From the NCBI GenBank assembly GCA_963663405.2, contig CAXXSM010000103.1, positions 1 to 55,958 of the forward strand: a DNA stretch of 55,958 nt, read 5' to 3'. Position numbers and translations under genes: made by a program. Positions 52,004-55,958 of this stretch are shown in pieces; positions within the stretch are counted from its first letter, which is position 1; every line of letters begins with the position of its first letter. The notes beneath the pieces are model-generated. The model was not told where the DNA came from and made no database searches. It saw nothing but the letters and a program-made list of their open reading frames with translations. Origin of the DNA: a bacterium. Lineage in GTDB: Bacteria > Hinthialibacterota > Hinthialibacteria > Hinthialibacterales > Hinthialibacteraceae.

Positions 52004-52385
52004 CTATGAATAATACTCACCACTCATCACGGTTTTAATGGCTGTTGATACTTCACGGGGCGCTTTGTTTTTTAAGAGATATCCGGAAACGCCAACCTGC
52101 TTCGCTCTTTCCCGGTAGTTTTTAGTAGAATACAGGGTCAAGATGATGATTTTGGTATTCGGATTGTTTTCGAGAATTCTTTTTGACGCTTCAATCCCAT
52201 CCATTCCGGGCATCATGATATCTATAAAGATGAGATCCGTGGTTTAATTCCTCCACCAATTGAATCGCTTGATCGCCATTCTCTGCTTCAGCAATAACCT
52301 GGTAGTTTTCTTTTCTCTCAAGTAATTGCCGAAAAGTAGACCGGAAATCGGTGTGATCGTCAACGAGAATTATTCTCAGTACCAT
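52004..52385 (-). CDS. Stand-alone receiver-domain response regulator (apparent frameshift ~52240)
   Basis: ILVDDH...AEAENG, then DIMMPGMDGIEA...SGYLLK; no HTH. Confidence 0.78.
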
Positions 52386-52983
52386 GATTATCTATTTGCT
52401 TTCACTTTGGATATCTAGAACCATAAATGAAAAAAAAATAATTACAATCATCAATAGTAATGATTTTGCATCGTTGATTTTGCTATGCGGATTGATGACC
52501 ATTCGATGAATCTGACTTTTTCATTCAACAAGGAATTGATTTCACTGTTTATCGAGAAATTTTGGATCGTGAACGGGATAAAAATGATAGAGGAAACAAA
52601 ACGTAAACCATACAGTATTAGGTAGTTATGTGATATCTGTATTCTGAGATGTATGGATTGATCAATGTGATTCACGCCTATCAAATATCGATTCAAATTC
52701 GGGATCGAACCCTATTAAAACGCCGAAATTCTTCTTGTTTCTCACAAAAACTTCAAAAAACCTGCTAATTTTGCCTAGCAATTTTGACGAGTCAAAATCA
52801 TCACAATTGACGATAGACACAAACTGAATGATCTATAAGATTGTCCTAAGTGAATGTGGATTATTGATTTTATGAATTTTATTGTGGATGTTTTTTGAAT
52901 TCAATGTGGGAATGGGCGTTCAGCCTCAATTGTAGATCCTTTTTTCTCTTGAAATTGTAAATCATATAAATGGAGAGTATTCC

Positions 52984-54909
52984 ATGTACAAGAATAAATC
53001 AAAACACGTTGTTGTCTTTTGGGTGGCCTGTCTGTTCGTTTTATTTTCTCATGATGCGCGGGGCGCAAATGGATGACGCAGACGATCGAGATCAAGAAGG
53101 GTTGGAATGGTGTTTTCCTAACGGTTGAACCGTATCCGAACGACTGCGAGTCGATTTTCGCGGATTTACCCGTCGAGAGCGTTTGGAATTATAACCACTA
53201 ACCTCCGGCGTTTCAATTTGTCACGAATGCTGACGAACTGTCGCCTGACCAAAGCGATTGGCGCACGTATTTCCCTGAAGGTCACCTTTGGCGCTCGAAG
53301 ATGGATTTATTTCTCTTGAAATGCGGCCAAACCTATTTAATTCAAGCGAAAGAAAATTTTACCTTAACGCTGGTTGGCCGTCCTTTGTGGGTGGAACAAA
53401 AATGGAAACAGGACGCGTACAACATGGTGGGGATGTATGTCGATCCGGACAATCCGCCTTCGTTGCAGGATTGGTTTGAAGGCTCATCAGCGCATCAGCC
53501 ATTGGATGTGATGCAATTTGACGAAAACGCCGGGCGTTGGTTGAAAGTGGAAGATCCTTCCCAAACGCCCATCCAAGCCGCGAAGCCGTATTGGGTGTAT
53601 TGTAAAGGCTCGTCAGATTATCAAGGCCCCGTGAGCGCCGATCTGAACGGCGCAAGGACGATCAATATTTCTTCCACACTCGGTGAAGACAGTTTTACGA
53701 TTGATAACAAATCTCCCCACGCCAAATCGATGCGAATCGAACTGGCGCCGTCGGATGTTCCTCCCGCGGCTGGAGATGGGCTTTTCTCAAAATCTATCCA
53801 ACCATATGCGGGGAGCGTGCCGTTGTCCTATTTTGATCTCTATGGCGGTGGAGAGGATCTATAAAGATTTCCCTGCCCAGTTGGCGTTCTCCCAGGGGCG
53901 GTTCGGAGCGTCAGGCGTTCAAGATGCGTGTGAATTATACGGACATGGTTCCCCAATCCAGCGATCCCAACGCTCGGTATCAGAGTTTGTTGAGAATTTC
54001 GGATGGAGCGGGTTTCATGCGCATGTTGGGTTGTGGTTGCGGATGGGCCTCTTATGAGTCCACAGGGTAAATCGGTTGGAAGACGGTCAGTTAGTTCTTC
54101 CGCGCTTGATTCCTTGATGTCTGGTCTCTGGGTGGGAATGGTGAGTGTATATCAAGTTTCAGATCCTGTGAAAACTATTAATGATGAATATGGTGGAACA
54201 TTCAAAAAGTTGACTGCTGCATCTTCGCCATTCGAATTTCGGCATAATCATTCATGTGAATGGCGATGAACCTCCCAAAGCGCGTCTCCTTAATGAAGTG
54301 ACTTTTTACGTTGTTGCGGACACAATTGATACGGATCCTGATACGGATCCTGAATATGTGCTGGTTACGCATGCGCCCACGCCTACACTGAAAGATGATA
54401 TCGCGCGTGGTATTGTGGTTCCTGATTCGGTATTGACGGGGCAACCTCACGTAACCCGGTTCAGCACGGGTATGTTTTCGAATTTTAATGAGGAAGGAAA
54501 TCCGATCGATCCTGAATTTTTTGTTTCTCCATATGCCCCAGAGTATCTGATGGTTAACACTCCTATTTACGACCGAGATCCTCTAAATCCCTTTCATCAT
54601 AAATTTCACAACGCCCATAAATACGTAGCAGATAATCCTAGGCAGGACGAAATTTGGTACATCGATAGGTTTATTCGCTTAAGTTTTGTCGAAGATGATG
54701 AAGATCCGATTTTTGAAAATGTAAATACTTCAGGTTGGGGAATTTCAAAAATAGGGGGAATTTACGAGGAATCTTTAGGTGGATTGAAATATGGCGCCGA
54801 TCCGATTGAAACAAAGGGGATGTTTTTACTACAGCGTGTTTCGGAGATCGAAGATTTGAATTGGGAAAACTTTTATCGAAATGTAAGTGGGGGAAATGGT
54901 GGCGAGTGA
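52984..54909 (+). CDS. Large secreted hypothetical protein, several apparent frameshifts
   Basis: Signal peptide then QWMTQTIEIKKGWNGVFL.VEP; overlapping fragments with GLWVG.V and DPLNPFHHKFH. Confidence 0.6.
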
Positions 54910-54999
54910 AAAGAAAATATTTACATAATAAAAATATCAATGAATTAAGTGTTGGGTCTGTATTAAATATGTTTATTAACATTGCCTACGGAGGATAGG

Positions 55000-55958
55000 A
55001 TGTTTAAGTTTACTTCTACAATTTACAATTGCCTTTGTTACATTCTTGGTTTTCTCTCCACTAACGGATTCGCAGGAGGATCGATTCAATCCTGAACGTT
55101 TGCATGTTTTGGATATCGATTGGGCGCTTGAAGGACAGTGTTCACCAAATGCTTGTTTCACCTCGGAGTGATAGACAAGAACTAGGATATGATGTTGCGA
55201 TTCATGGTGATATAGTAATTGAAAGTGATCCGATGTTACCTAGTCCACCTCATGGAGGAGAAAACAGAGGGGGATTGTTTATCAATAAAATCAATTCCGA
55301 GTATCGATGGGAATATAAAGCATGGATTCCTGGCAAGCAACATTTGGCACGATTTGGACACTCAATTGCTTTAGATGGAGACGAACATACAAAATATCTA
55401 GTCGTTGGGGCACCCCATGAGACTGTGAATGGCAAAGAAAATGCAGGATCTGCTTATGTGTATAAAATTGAAATTGATGTGGATGACACAGTTAGAGTTT
55501 CTGACATGGGCGCGTTGTCTGCATGGTTTGCAAATTCACCCTCATCGATAGGCGCACAGTTTGGTTTATCAGTTGATATCAGCGGTAAGAAGATTGCTGT
55601 TGGCGCTCCTTATTATGGTACTGGTGATTCGAGTGTTGGATATGTATGCTTATACGAAATTAATAATGATGGTACTATTAGTGAGTTAGGATATACTAAC
55701 CATATGTTTAGGCAGCATGCTTTTAAAGAAACATATCCTTCATATAGTAATTTCGATAATGGTGTATATGCAACTGATCCAATTGATGAACATTTAGACG
55801 GATTTGGTTATAAAGTAAAAATACAAGGTGACAAGTTATTTGTCATAGCAAAACCGATAGATTTGACTGCTACTTTAAGTGAAATTGATCCATTTATACA
55901 CGAAGGTTGGTTAAAACTCACAGCGTTAAATTTTGCATTATTACCGTATAACCAAATT
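55000..55958 (+). CDS. Secreted FG-GAP (integrin-alpha-like) repeat protein, 3'-truncated by the window end, frameshifted near the 5' end
   Basis: GGAGG RBS; RFGHSIALDG...LVVGAP...AGSAYVY and QFGLSVDISG..IAVGAP repeats. Confidence 0.72.

Noticed and set aside
54327-54352. 12-bp tandem repeat GATACGGATCCT
   Set aside because: It is an in-frame DTDP duplication in a low-complexity loop with only two copies.

Overview
The window has three parts. (1) 1-22126: a type I-C CRISPR-Cas locus (cas3-cas5-cas8c-cas7-cas4-cas1-cas2, leader, and about 94 copies of a 37-bp repeat). It is preceded by a probable HIRAN + ARPP-1/DUF6569 fusion gene. The array is split by three mobile elements, each inserted inside a spacer: an IS3, an ISL3, and a tyrosine-recombinase + IS91-like HUH element that itself carries a 501-bp MITE. 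A fourth element end cuts the array 4 nt after its last, undegenerated repeat. (2) 22127-46495: a mobile-element-rich island. It contains two homologous ~580-bp blocks that end in different tRNA 3' halves (Trp and Arg), several copies of an rve/DDE IS with repeated 29-bp end motifs, nested insertions, two secreted SnoaL-like proteins, a beta-propeller sensor kinase/NarL pair, a Tat-exported FAD oxidoreductase and a DUF4185-like protein. (3) 46546-55958: a second propeller sensor/NarL pair, a pseudopilin-like gene, a receiver-only protein and large secreted proteins. Frameshifts cluster at both ends of the window, including cas3, and look like long-read indel errors. The most interesting signals are: a conserved three-way-junction structure shared by an extended ISL3 and an ISL3-like MITE; the recombinase+HUH element with a conserved A8 frameshift and an apparent TTAG target, read off using spacer length; the HIRAN-ARPP-1 gene next to cas3; and an apparent tRNA-target switch of an att site. 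All calls come from reading the sequence by eye; no database searches were run.
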